DNA from: Klebsormidium nitens
Taxonomy: Eukaryota; Plantae; Klebsormidiophyceae
Assembly (NCBI GenBank): GCA_000708835.1
Contig: DF237434.1
Coordinates: 6,544 to 70,543 of the forward strand
Length of the DNA: 64,000 nucleotides
Direction: 5' to 3'
Shown: piece after piece, positions 1 through 13,300 of the stretch
How positions within the stretch are numbered: the stretch's first letter is position 1
Layout: each line of letters starts with the position of its first letter
Program-made: the position numbers and the translations under genes
Notes under the pieces: model-generated
The model's database searches: none
What the model saw: only the letters and a program-made list of their open reading frames with translations
What the model was told of the DNA's origin: nothing

Positions 1-326
1 GGGACAAGGAGAATCGGTACCGGACGGAAGCTAAGGCTAGGGGCTGTTGGAACCCTCAACGTGACGTCAGCCTTAGGTTGCTATGTCTTCTTGTCTGCTA
101 TCGGCCGTCCAAATCTCAGCTACACAGCATCCGACGGTCTGAGGTGCGTTCGCAACCCTAACTCAGGATACAGGCAATTTGCAGATCGCAGCCCGTCGGA
201 TAACCACTCATACAGGATCTAACGCTTCAGAATCGGAGAGGTCCAGCTTTGGGTTGTCATGAGGTCAACCGCAAATCCAACAGGCCCCAGCCTTAGCTTC
301 CGTCCGGTACCGATTCTCCTTGTCCC
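1..326. mobile_element. MITE-like non-autonomous element with ~51-bp terminal inverted repeats (left end may be clipped by the window start)
   Basis: 1-51 (gggacaaggagaatcggtaccggacggaagctaaggctaggggctgttgga) is the reverse complement of 276-326 with 2 mismatches. The ~225-bp interior has no convincing ORF. The TSD cannot be checked because the left flank is outside the window. Confidence 0.6.
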
Positions 327-3300
327 CGCTCAGTCAGCATCCTCGCGGCGTTGGGGCGGCATTCACCACTGGCTGCTTAAGCACAAGCAGAGCGAAAGTC
401 AGAAGGAGATCTGCAGGCCGCGCTTCGGGCCCCAGCTTCAAGAGCTGAAGGTGGGTCCGGGCCTGCCTAAAGTGTTCTCTCGCGTTTCCTGAATTATTCT
501 TGAATAGAACGGCGATCACGGGTTATGGCAAGTCGCCGAAGTTGGGCTGAAGCACCTGCCAGTGGTGGTTGCTTCCTGAGTTTAGGTCACTTCGTGGAGG
601 TTTGATGCATATGATGGGACCACCATCTGCATCATGAGACCAAGGATGTCTCTCCTAATTGAGCAGCCTGCAGTTGAACAAAAACAGGCTGCCAATTTTG
701 GTCAACTCATTCAGAAAGTTAGAAGCTGCGATTAGAAGCTGCGACTATCCCTAAGATCAATACTACCAAGGTGTTGTATCCAGGCAAAGGAGTGAGGACC
801 GAGTAGCAACGGATACACCGGGGATTTTTCTGCACAGCAACCTCGCTCATTTTGCTCTAGCTTCTTTTGAGAGATTATTCCCAGCCTCTCTCGAGATGTG
901 ACTTTCATCTCTGCCTGTTGTCTCGCTTTGTCAGCACCGCCATCTAAGCTGGCCAATGCTTAGGCCAAGTACTGCTTCCTGCTTAGGAGACAAGGTCTGG
1001 ACAGACATGAAGGCCATCTAATCAGGCCTTCTTCCTGATTGCAATACAGTCTGTCTTCAGCTTCTTTGTTCACATGACATCATCAGTGGTCGCCAGGTTA
1101 AGGTTCGTCGCTGTCAGCTTTGTGATTTCACTCTAAAAGTAGACGAGTATGGAATGGCCTCCTTCCTTTGCAAACCCAGAAACCGAATGATTAGCCGTAT
1201 CACCGCCTCTACTCACAGCACTTTTCCAAAACTTGAGGCGTTCTCCTTTCAGAGATGGCCACTTATACCGCCGAGATTGAGTACGTGGCAAGAGGCGAGG
1301 AGCCGATGGTGTTTACAGTGCAATGTGTGGCCGGACCAACACCGGAGGAGACGGTGGAGGAGTTCGCCAGTGAGCTCTGAAGATCCCCTTGCTGCAGTCT
1401 GGACGGGCACGACACTGTCTTTCTTGAAGAGGCTGTGCTTTCAGACTGAAACCGCTGAGCACCCTTGCCTTCCATGATGTGCCTCTTTCTTGCATCCAAG
1501 CAGTATGTATATAGACGCCTTCTTCCTGCCTCCAAGTGGAGACCTGAGCTGTAACGCCCGGGAAACCCCTTCGTTCCCACGACTTTCTCAGTTTTCACTT
1601 TTTTTTGCAGGTCGGTGCCTAGATAAGTGCAGGCAGTCTACCGATCTTCCGGAGGGTTTCTTGGCCAGAGTGATTCTGCCCCACCGCGGGGAGATGCTGC
1701 GGCTCGACCGGGGGTCCTGGTCTGCCCCCTGCTCCGGTAGACTCATATCTTGACTGGTGATCTTTGTTTGTTTTCATCTGACTTGCAAATTAGTGACTTG
1801 CAATCAAGCAGAAGATTCCCTCACCGTTGACAACGCATGTTGTTAGAGATACATTCTTGTCACTCTGCCGCTGCCTGCAACACTTCTGACAAGGATCATG
1901 AAGGTCAGGTTTCATTCTTCAAACTGACGACTGGCTTGATTGTTTGCAATCAAGAACTGACGGCTTTCAAATCTTTTTGAGCCTGACTAGCACTCTTTTC
2001 CAAGCGACTAGAAAACAAACAGCGAGAAGATTCCCTGAAACTTCCCGTGTTTTCGGGGAAGCATTCGTGTCATGCTGCCGCACTCTTCAAACCTTTCTGG
2101 CAAGTACGGAGATCGATCTGCTTTTTGATCAGAAAGTGACGCCTGACTTTCTTTGCGTGACAAGACAAGAAAGGTGCGGGTACTGCCGCTGGGTCTGTTG
2201 AAATCATTTCGCCGTTCAGTGCAATATATCTTGATCCTGTTGACACAGATACGATTCTGACCTTTCTAAGCAGAAATGCGAAGTTGCTTGATTAACTCTG
2301 AGTTTCTACCACGCGCCTTTTGCAAGTTCGTCGATTACGCTGAGGTCCTGACTGTTGCACACGGTGCTTTTCTCCAGTGGTGCTTGATGACAGCCTCTCG
2401 ACTGTGAAGGTCACCATCGTTGACCGGGAAATGAACCGGCACATGAAGAGTGTTCGTGAAACTTTTGCACGGAGACCATTGTAAGGTCACCGTCGAAGCA
2501 GACTGCAAAAGGGATAAGGCTGCCAGGTTCGGTGATAGACGATGTACAAAGAAGCACTGTAAAGCTGCCCCCCCAATAGAGGCAAGTGCTGTCCTCGAAA
2601 AGCCGCGCCACCCATTTTATAGAAGTACATGGTTTACGACATTAAACATCTCCCGCGTTGCACTTTCTTGTTGTATTGCACGCTGCCAAACGCATGCACG
2701 TATTTGTACAGGACTTGACGATCCGCGATCAGGCCAACGTCTGTGGATCCGATCAAATTTGCGCGTGAGCTTTGATGATGGGCAGGCTTCGAGATTGCGG
2801 ATACAATTGTTGTGACAGACATGAGTACACCTCGGCAGCGCCCCTAGCTAGACGCATAATCGTATGCTGCACACAGTTATAAGTAAAAACGATGTCAGCT
2901 ACTTATACGCATGCAGTTCAATTCAAATGACCAAAGTTCAAGGTTGCTCGCGTGCTCTAGTACGACTGAGCGGAATGATTCTAGCTAGACAAGAGGCCTC
3001 ACGAACCGTTCAGTGGGCACTCCGGTCATATCATGGCATCAATTATGGACATTCTTCGGGCCAATCTCCACGTTGAAAAGCTGCACTTAAAGTTAGAAAG
3101 ATCGCGACCGCTTATATAGGTGCATGCAATAAGTAGATCGAAATGCCTTTAGGCAACCTGCGTAGCAGCCCGCCACTTCACACAAGGCGCCCTCTCAGAA
3201 GTGTTGGCAAAGGCCGGTACGTGGGCATCTTATCAAAGAGTTATGGCCTTGAAATAGGGCCGCCGGCGGTCTTCACTTGATGGAGGACGAAAGGGCGATA

Positions 3301-3458
3301 GTAAAGTCTGATGCCTTGTGTTTCGAAATTCACTTAAGATGGATGTGCGCAAGATCACGTGCACTCACGCCAATAGAATCACGAAGTGAGACAAAGCCGC
3401 CCTTCTAATCTTGGGAGGCAACCGGTCTGGCTTCCGATACTAGTCCCTATACAAACCC

Positions 3459-6400
3459 TCAGCTTTGTTCCTTTTGTTTCTTCTCCTTCGCCAACTTCTT
3501 ATAATCAACGTTCGGGTCGAAATCGTCGTCGAAGTCCGCCTCCAAGTCCTCCGCCTCAAACTCCAAGAAGTCTTCCAACGTCTCGAACTCTTCCGCATCT
3601 TCTAAGTATGCATCCTCTTCGTCCCACACCCACTCCTCATCCCCCTCTTTCGCAGCCTCCTCTCCGCCCCCCCTTTCCGCGGGCTCGATCGCCCCCCCCA
3701 TTGCATCCTCGTCCTCCTCCGCCCAGCCCCGTACTAAAGCTTCCGCTTCCGCCAGTCTTCGACCGGACGCCCCTCCCGCATCTTTCCGTTCCGAGCTTTC
3801 TTCCGCGTCTCCCGAATCAATGCTCTCAACTCGCAACTCCCGCTCTTCGCCCCCAACTGCCGCTTCTTGCTTCATCGCCCTAGCAACTAGACCCGTCCAC
3901 TCACTTTCCAAGTCGCTTTCTTCGTCGTCCTCTTTTGACACGCTCGTACCCGCCGCAGCCCCCGTGCTGACGTCATCCTCCACAGCGCCGCCGACCTGTG
4001 CACTCGTACCGACACCCTCTGTGCCGACATCACCCACCTCCCCGCTGACGTCTTCCTCCTCGTCTCCCCACTCTACTTCGTCGTCCTCTTCGATTTCCTT
4101 CAACAATCCCCGCACCGCTTTCTCGTACTCCTCAATCGCCGCCAGCTTCTCCGGGCTCCACGCGCCCGGCCGTAGCCTGCTGACGTCACCCTCCCCGCCC
4201 GCTGACGTCACCCCCTCCTCGGCCCGCCTCAGCGCGCGGTGCGCCAGGCTCAGCTGCTTGCACAGCCGCTTGAACGTCGCACGGTCGGTGCGCAGCTCCG
4301 CCGCCTCCATGTCCCGGAACGCGCTGATGACGTCAGCATACTGCCCGCCCCCGAAGAGCGCGTCGAGGACCGCCGTGTAGGTCGCCTCGTTAGGCGGCAC
4401 ACCGGCATCGTTCATGTCCTGGAGCCCATCCATCATTGCCCCGTACTGACCCGCTTTTCCTAACCCGTACACGAACGTGGTCCACAACCGCAGGTCGGGC
4501 GCTAACCCGTCCTCCTTGACCCGCGCAAACCACTCCCGCAGTTTCGCCTCGTCCCCGGCCAAAGCATATGCCGTAACCATAGTGGTGTAGACCTTCAGGT
4601 TAGGCGCATAACCGCTCGCCCGCATAGCCCTAACCGCGTCTTCCATCTCCTCGAAGCGCTTGCAATGGCCGTAAGCGTCGACGATCACCGCGTGGGTTAC
4701 GGAAGTCAGCCCTAACCCAGCTTCCTGCATTTGGCCAACTAGCATGGCGATGTCGTCACCCTCGCCGGCCTTCCCGGCAGCCTGGATGAGGCTCGTGTAC
4801 GTGAACGCATTCGGAGCCACACCGCTGTTGACCATTACTTCAACGATGCTGCCGGCCTCTGCAACAGAAAATGAAACGAAATAAGCTCACCGTTATTTCA
4901 GGCTTTATTTTTTGCATCTTTCCAATTTAAGAACGCGTTTGGGGTTACGCCGCTGTTGACCATCACTTCAACGATGCTGCCGGCCTCTGCAAAAGAAGAC
5001 CAAATACTGTAAGATTCTTCAGGCTTGGTTTTTGCGTGTTTCCAATCGTACGAATGCGTTTGGGGCCACACCGCTGTTGACGATCACTTCGACGATGCTG
5101 CCGGCCTCTGCAAAAAGAGACCAAGCGAGTTAAGCTAACCGACATCTCAAGCTTAGACCTAGGTAATTTTCTACCAGAAGAATCTGAATCATATCCTGAA
5201 CGCCGCTGCCAGCGTCTAACGAGAGAGCAGAGAACTAATCAAAATGTTGGGAAAATCTCGGACGTGTGTCATTTTGAGGAGAGTCGCAAGGTGTCTTCCA
5301 TGGCAAGGGCAAATGCAACAACAGCCGCTGTTGACCAGACAAAAGATCGACGATGCTGCCAGTCTCTGAAAGAAACGTCGAAGTTGCCAGTCTCTACAAC
5401 GGAAGGCAGGAAGCTCAGCTTCTCGCAACCTTTGACCTTGATTACGCCTTTGACCTTGATCACGGGATTCCGCTCAGAAGCTGCTCGTGACCCGCGAAAC
5501 AAAGCGACTTAGCAAGGGAACGGTAAACGATGTAATCTATCACTGCCGCTATCTCTCAAGCTGTAGAAACGCTCCGTGCCGTTCAGCCAAGCTTGCTCGA
5601 ACCAACCCGGATGATCAGACACAACGCACTTCATTGGAGCGTACTGCTCAGCACAGTGCACGTCCTCACTCCAAAGCCCCTCAGTTTAGCAAAGGGTTAA
5701 TTCACTCAGTCCAGTAATGGTTCATATCGCGCATGGCGTTTCAAGCGAGTTCGACCGGTCTGAATCCACTCGCTGTGCCGAAAGTGCGGAACACGAAACC
5801 TCGAATTATCCAGCAGTATACCCCCGAGATCTATGAACGAGCCCACCTGTGTAGTCCCCGATCGCCGCGCACGCCGCCACGAGCGCCGAATACGTCACCA
5901 CGTCCGGTTCGTACCCCGCGGTACGCATGTCGTAAAACACGCTTAGCGCCTCGTCATATTGCCCGCACCGCCCGTACGCGTCAATCATTGCGGTGTATAG
6001 CGTATTGTCCATCTTCTGCTTCTTCCGCTTCATGTCGTAAAACATCGTCTCAGCCGACCGCCAGTTCCCGGCCCGCGCGTAGAGCTTGATCATCTCGGTG
6101 TAAATGTACAAGTTGGGGGAGTGCCCTGCTTTGCCCATTTCCTCCAACACGCGCTCTGCCTCGGCGACACGGTTGGCTGCGACGCACGCGTGGAGGAGCG
6201 AGCTGTAGACGACGAGATCGCCTTTCAGCCCCGAGCGCTCCATCCTGTGGCAAGTCGAGAAATTGACGTCAGCATAATCCTGGCAGGTAAGAGCATGAGC
6301 ATGCACGTCGTAAGGGCGTAGACCACAGACAAAGGTTATATTTATCCCGCAGAAAATAAGAAGATCAGGTCGCAGTGGAATCCGCAGCGCACGGGGAAGA

Positions 6401-9400
6401 ACGGGTTGTTGACGCTGCAAAGATGATCTTCTTTCCGGAAGCAAGGAAGCAAAGACAACAAGGACGACTCGTATATTTAAAAGGTACACTTCGTCCTTGA
6501 AAAGCAAGAAGACAAGAACGTAAATGAGGCCGAGAGCCAGAATGTTCGAGCAATCTAGGAGGCCCGTAGCACTGAAAAGCTGGGTGAAAAATAGACCAGC
6601 CCCTAGCATGAAATACACAGCTACACGGTTTCGACGTGAAGCTCCGTGTCTCCTGCATTTAACGTACAAACAAAAGACTGTTGTCTCGAGTAGACCAACG
6701 CAAAAAAATTCCATGTTTCCAAACTGAGTTCAGTAGCGGTTGGTGTGAAGAACCGGCACTAGGATCGATAGCGCACGGTCAGGATCAGGAGCAACTGCCC
6801 GAAGTTGAGAAGCTGAGACGAGCATCGACTCGCCAATCAACCACCTGCTTTTAAAGACCAAATCGAAAAGCACTCCCAGCTCGAAATGATGATAAAGAAA
6901 AGGCGTAGGGTTCAAGTGCGCACCTGTCAAAGAGCTGGAGGGCCCTGTCGAGGCCGAGGTTGCCCTTGACGCAGGCGTTGATCATGTTGCTGAACGTGTA
7001 GGCGTCCAGCGGCAGGGCCCGCTCCTCCATGTCCTGGAACAGTGAGAGCGCCTCGGGGACCAGCGAGTTGCGCGTGTAGCACGCCAGCATCTGGAGGGAG
7101 GGCAGGGATAAAAATGACGTCATGTGAATGGATTGGAGTGTGTGTGAGTGTCTTCTCGATCTATTGGAAACCGAGGACGAAGAGTCGGTGTAAGGTTCCA
7201 AGATTGAGGGACTACAGCGGAAGCTGTCCCTCGCATATGCACCAGCATTGTACAGGGGGAATGAAAAGAATGGAAGGAAAGTCGTTGCTTTTGAAAGTGA
7301 CATTGGGAGCTGTGAAATGCGTGTGATAGTAAGAGAGAGACTGCAACAAGAATTCTCTCTCAATGCGATTGTGTAATTGCTACGAAGTCCCCGGTAGTTT
7401 CGCAACAGCATGCAAAAGAATAAACGAGGACGGGAGAAGAACTGAAAACACGCCGCGTCGCATATGCATCTGTGGGCTGAGGATTAACCAAAGAGACACC
7501 ATTCTTCACTGATCCCCTTTTCAGTTGAATGGCACGTTTTCAAAGGCAATAAAGGCCCCAATCAATATACCCGTGTCCAACCAGAACTAAGCAGTTCAAA
7601 AGCAGAGCGCCCTTTTCCGACTCCGGACTCGAACCTGTTGTCTTTCACAAAGCATACCGCCCCCAAAGGAGATCACCGCTTCTGTCCCTCCTTTGATGTG
7701 CCAAACAAGAGGGGATCGTTGAAGCACAACCACGAATACCAGGTCCAATCTTCCTCTCCATGGGCCTCGCATGTCAGACTGGACAGATTGACACCCGGGC
7801 TTACCGCGTTGTAGTGGAAGATGTTGCGCTCGACCCCCTCCTCCTTCATTGTGTCAAAGATCTTTTTTGCGGCTGCCACCTGGTGGCTCCGGCCCAGTGT
7901 CGCAATGATGTTGGTGTACGTGTATGCGTTGGGCTTTTGGTAGCGAGATGCGTGCATCCAGTGGAAGACTGCCAGCGACCGGGGCCAGTCGTCCTGCAAA
8001 CATTGACGTGAAAATTAAGTATACTTTTCTTCTGGTTCTAAGAGTCACCCTGCCCCTTTGCTGGGCCACGGCCAAGTGGTGAGACACAGAAGATGCTTAT
8101 TGAAGGAATTTATCATAAGGCTAGTAATTCTTACGCAGCCTGGGTGAAAGGGGCGGTCACAATATATTAGACGGGTAGATGACTAGAGTGTAGCGGGAAG
8201 CTAAGGTGTCATCCTTGCTCAGAGCTAAAGGAGGCCAAAAAAAAAGCACAAAAGCAGCAAAGCATTCTGCGGGAGAGACATGTCTCTAGAAAGCGAAATC
8301 ATGCCAGGGGGTTTGAAGCGGTCAGGTGTTCAATGAGTACTCACTAAAGTTGGCTAGTAACAAGGGAGAGAGTAGTAAGTTGGTCAGACTATTTTTGGGC
8401 CCACTCGCCAAGCGTTGGAATAAGGAAGCAACCAAGAATCGCAATATCTTGGAAGAACAGGCATTTAACCACACCACCAGCCATATCGAAACATAAAGAG
8501 CACACTTCATACCACCAGCTATCGCAGAAGCAACTGAAGCTTTGCAAGTGAAGAATGCCGGCAGAGGGGGCAGAAAAAGAAGTGACACTGTGCGACCACC
8601 TTCATCATCAGAGGAGACACAAGATCTTCTATTTCGAAATTGCATGGCTGTGAAGTGTTGTAAAAGGGGGAGCAAACCCAGAGACACAGCATATTGAAGA
8701 GTTGCGCTAGGAAGCTGTACACTTGATTGTGATTCTTCACAAATGTGAGGAAACCTCACTCTACTTGTTCACATAATGCAGGAGGAAGCTTCAACAGAAG
8801 TGGTACAGTACTACAGAAAATCTGAGATTGATGGCTACCCACCAGTTTGCCGAGCCCCTTCACCACGTCATTCAGCGACTCCACACTGGCCCGCCCCGCA
8901 TACTCTGTCATGACATCGTCGATGCTGGCGCCAGCTGGCAGCCTGCCGAGCGCCCGCAGCAGTTCCTCTGCTCGGCCCCGCGTCCGCATCCCCGTCGCCT
9001 CCCACTCGATGCTCTCGCGCACCCATTTCCTCGCGCTCTTCTTGTCCACATTCCCGCGCCTCCACCTCTTCTCCAAGTCCACTTGTGCGAAGTCCTCAGA
9101 GTCGACATTGGACGACACCTGGCTCTGATGGCTGGGTGTCGGTTGCAGAGAAAGGGACTCGCTGGCTGGTGTAGCGAAAGGTAAGGGCAAGCGACCATTA
9201 TCAGGGGAGGGGCGAGGTTGCAAGTCTGCCACGGCCCGGCAGAGGAGAGGTCGAGACCGCAAGCTTAAACAACGCGTCAATGGCACCGTCGCTTTGAAGC
9301 CGGCATTGCGTAGCTGGCACTCGCTCCCAACGTCGTCACTCAACCTCGACACCCAATGTGAAGAGGCCCTGGTATGCAAGAGCAACGACTCTGCAGCGGC

Positions 9401-9406
9401 CGCCAT
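3459..9406 (-). CDS. P-class pentatricopeptide repeat protein, putatively plastid-targeted, PTAC2-like N-terminal repeats, long acidic C-terminal tail (~905 aa)
   Basis: Exons 9406-8843, 7993-7805, 7090-6924, 6244-5847, 4858-3459; all GT-AG and phase-consistent. Tandem 35-aa PPR motifs (e.g. YTNIIATLGRSHQVAAAKKIFDTMKEEGVERN, YTAMIDAYGRCGQYDEALSVFYDMRTAGYEPD). Ser/Arg/Ala-rich N-terminus resembles a transit peptide. Start ATG choice is inference. Confidence 0.9.
4803..5420 (-). repeat. Degenerate tandem array (~120-130 bp period, about 5 copies) of the PPR intron-4 acceptor plus start of exon 5
   Basis: Real junction TTGCAG|AGGCCGGCAGCATCGTTGAAGTAATGGTCAACAGCGG (exon starts 4858) recurs with pseudo-exon starts at 4986, 5107 and, more decayed, 5365; traces near 5201-5230 and 5386-5398. 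Confidence 0.9.
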
Positions 9407-9505
9407 GTTGTTGACGTCCCTGAGTCGCTTGCGAGTGAGCTGTAGCCTGTTCCTGCCCAGCACCCGAGTCTATATACTGGCACTGATTATACTGGTCATG
9501 AGATT

Positions 9506-9514
9506 TTAGGGTTT
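9506..9514 (-). promoter_or_regulatory. Telo-box (AAACCCTAA) ~100 bp upstream of the PPR start codon
   Basis: ttagggttt at 9506-9514 reads AAACCCTAA on the gene strand, a known plant promoter element. A single 9-mer could be chance. Confidence 0.3.
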
Positions 9515-10366
9515 GACTCCGAAGCTTTTACAGTTACCTGAGGTCCGTTACCTTTACCGGTCAGAGCGCCGCGACCAGCTAGCTTTCTTAGTCTAAAGTC
9601 GCGCGGGCCTAGTTGCCAGCGCGTTGGTAGGCCCGTCGAAGGACGTCCGCACTTGAGCACATGTGTTCAGGATCAGCATCGACCGGACTGAGCCGTCAGA
9701 GATCTAGGCTCTCTTAGAAGAATTACTTCATGCATATGCCAGCAATGAATTATTCATGTTGTCGATCATGGATTGGCTGGCCGCGCAGCCGTGGCACTGA
9801 TATTCCGATTGAATGAACACCCACTGAGGACGCTCACGCGCTAGAGTACGCGTCCCGTTCTCTTGTATAGGATGTATAGGGTCTCAATTCAACTGGTGCA
9901 AGCCTAGCTGTTAAAGCTGCAGGTCTCGGATCTGACTCAGTATATCCCAATTGCTAGGCAAAGTACGGTCGTGCACATAATGACAGGGGCGGCACGTGCA
10001 GCTAGATTCATTAGCAGCAGATATTGGAACCTGAGCTGCAAGGAACTCAACGTTTTATGCCTCATAGACAGCGTAGCTAGCACAAAGCTTCCAGCAGCAG
10101 TAAGAAAATCAAGCATCTGAGCATCGAACAACCTGACCGAATCGTAAAGCATATTGCACATAGTGCTTGGTGAGTAAATCGGTTGGTCGCCACTTCGCAG
10201 GACTCTGAGGCTTGTGCTAGCCACTTTATTGGTGCACGAAGCCCCTTAAACACATTGTAACTTAAACCTTCGCGACTTTCTACATGTAAACAGGATAAGC
10301 TGTACACTTGAATGCCGATATCGACGAAGCCCTCTGTTGAAAGTTCTGTAATTGTATCGCTCAATC

Positions 10367-13300
10367 TCATTCAATTGCGTTCTGGAGGATTCCAATTCCT
10401 TCCACCGATATCGTGACGGTATCACCAGGCACCAGCCACCGTGGCGGCTTGAAGCCCGCACCAACACCTGCAGCCCAATCGACGAAAACCAAAGAGCGTC
10501 AACTGGCAAGCTCCCTTAGTTCGTTACCTTTACACACCACGCAATATAGCGATGCTGGTGCTGTCACGTACATTTCACCTTCGACCACGTTTGAAAGTGA
10601 AGCATTGTTTCCGGCCTGAGGATCAATGATTAAGCCTCAGCATGTTCGCTTGGTGCAGATTACAAAGTCAACCGCGAACTCCAACTTTGGACAGATGAGC
10701 ATCGCAGCAGAGCACCAGGTTCAAAAAGGGCCTTCGATTGAAGCCGCAAAGGCTTCTACAGGGAAGCCAAAGGCAGCAGCGACTCTACAACGGACGGGTG
10801 CCGTACCTGCAGGGGTTCCCGTGGCGATGATGTCACCCGGCTGCAGCGTGACGGCCGCCGAGATGGTGTGAATGAGGTCCCGGATGTCGAAGATCATCTC
10901 CGATGTGCGGGACTCCTGCGACAGAAAGCTTGCGTGATCACATTTGAACGACTTTTGTTTAAAAGCCAAGTTGAATCTTGCTGATAGATAAGGTAACCTT
11001 TCGGTCGTGAGCTTAAATCTGTGCAAACATGCGAACGTTCTCGTTCACGTCAGCAGTTTCGGCGTGCTGAACAATAGGAGCTAGTCTTTAAGCAGAAGTT
11101 TTAAACTGCGATTGGCAAATTGACATTGTAGACTATCTTCCGGGACTAGATTTGGGCCCATTTCGGCTCTTCTTCTAGGGGCGATTCGGTTTGGGGTCCT
11201 TTTCACCTGCCGCAGCTCCTCGTTGACCCAACACTTGATCCCCAGGTTCTGACCGTCGATTTGGGAGGCGGGGACGATCCAAGGGCCGACAGGACAGAAC
11301 GTGTCGACGCTCTTGCCTAGGAACCACTGCAGGACGAAGCGGAGACGAAATCAGGGTCTCTCAGCGTTCACGCATCTTCGATAACCCAGGTCTACAAAAG
11401 CATTTGGCCCGGTCTATGGATGGGACCTAGACAACGTTTTGCAGTGGTTGACGTCTTCTTCCTGAACCGTATGGAATTGGCAGATGGTAGAAGGGGCCCC
11501 TGAGATGCATGCGTTGACATCACTCGTCGGAAAAGCCATCACTCGTCGGAAAGGCCCGAGAGGCTTTCAGATATCCAAGATCTTTGCGTCTCTACATTTA
11601 CCGCAAAAGAATACATGACGGACAGCAGTTGTTGTTCAGTCTCTGGCCGGAGCGACTCTGGAAAACAGAGGGGTTTTGCTTTCGACCTTGCCGTTCGAGG
11701 CGCGTTCTTGAAGCAACGACAATGTCTTCCTTCTCTGCGTCAATCGGTTGGCTTTCGAACGGTACATTCAAAATATAGCGCTGCCTACAGGACAACAAAA
11801 CTGCCCGCCTTCCGCTTACTTACCTATGAAACAATATGCTCCAAAGCCTCTTTCACAAAGGTCGTCTCGTGACTAAGGAGGCACACCGAAGAAAGTTCTA
11901 TGTGCCCTTTCTCACCTGCTGATGGTTTCTTTGCAGGTCTCGGGCGGTGATGTCATTGAGAATGGTGTATCCGAACACGTGGCCCAATGCGTCCTCTCTC
12001 GAGATGCCGCGCCCGCCGGTCCCGATGACGACAGCAAGCTCTGCATGACGTCAGCGGGATTACCTTGAGTCACACGATGAGATGCAGTGCACTTTGATTC
12101 TTCAAGCAGTGAGGTGACTGAGAGTCGTCTTCCTCCCCTAAGAATCCTCTTCCGGAGGCAGTCGAAGCTGTGGGCAGATGCTGCTGTACAAAGCCTCCTT
12201 TCTTGACACGTCTGCATCGAAATCCTTTTACACCGACCCATTCGAAGCAGTGAGCAAGGTGAACACACCCGATCTAGAAAAGTGAGTGCAACCCAAGAGA
12301 CTATCACACTGGGCTCATCGGGCGCTGCAGTCTGACTTCTGTCCATTTTCGACGGGCTGTGGTCACCACGTGCACTGTTGACATCGGAAAAGCCAACGCG
12401 ACTCGACCTCCTGTGGCCGAGAACTTAACGGCTGAGAGAGCACTTCGGGAAAAAGTCCATTCCCTATTGAGACCCGTCCGGACGATATTCTTGTTTGACT
12501 GAATGAAACAGAATGACCCTAAAGACACGAGTTTGAACGAACTACAGGTCCACCAAGGCGGGCGCAACTCGCTCCAGAAAATTGTTAGACTGTACGCGAG
12601 AAGACTCTGCTGAAACTGGACAAATCTTCATCTCATGATATATTTAAAAACGCACTAATCGTGTGTCCTTTCCCTGATGAAGAAAATTAGCATCCTTGCT
12701 TGTACCTGCCTCGTAGTCGACTTCGGATGAGACGCCGTGCGGATACTGTACGGCTTCCCCCGGACCGATCACCGACTCGGCGGCTTTCGTGAAGATGATA
12801 GGAGTCTGCACACGGAACAGCAATGATTCACGCAACTTCTCCTTCTAGAAGGTTGGGTTTTCATGCTTTTTTGTTTGTGGTATGAGAACGCCCGAGCTAT
12901 AGGGGCCGGATCTGCACGCAGAACAGCAATGGGGCGCTGCTATCGCTCGAGCTTATTTGTCGGTGTTGATTTTCAAATCGAAGCTTCATAGAACGTCAGC
13001 TCAATGAAATGACTGTCGAAAGGTCCGAGGTGAGGATTAAAGACCTGCTTCTTCGTCGGCCTTGTCCGACCGCAGAAAGCAAGCAAAGCGAAGTCGAATC
13101 TTGAGGGCCGTGTTGCTTTGGAGACACACTCGAGATAGTCTCTGATAGAAGACAGTTACAGCGTACTTTGGACGACGCGAGGAGCAACAGCGAGTTACTG
13201 TTGTACTCAAGAAAGCTGTCAGTGCCAGAAGGTACAGACCTCTACATGAAACACAGGACGTTGGAAACTTCCGGTGCACAACCCGACTCGGGACGAACCA

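Noticed and set aside
1150-1480. Minus-strand frame containing SCHVLNL, reminiscent of the hAT C..H.LNL motif
   Set aside because: Other hAT motifs (TDN, TRWNS) are absent and the frame has several stops; not enough to call a transposase remnant.
3386-4463. Plus-strand Pro/Ser-rich ORFs opposite the PPR gene (similar antisense ORFs lie opposite GCIP and the NAD(P)-binding gene)
   Set aside because: Shadows of GC-rich or acidic coding sequence on the other strand; no independent homology.
7600-7665. tRNA-like GGTTCGAGTCC (B-box) on the minus strand in PPR intron 2
   Set aside because: No acceptor, D or anticodon stems can be formed and the context is too short; at most a decayed SINE or chance match.
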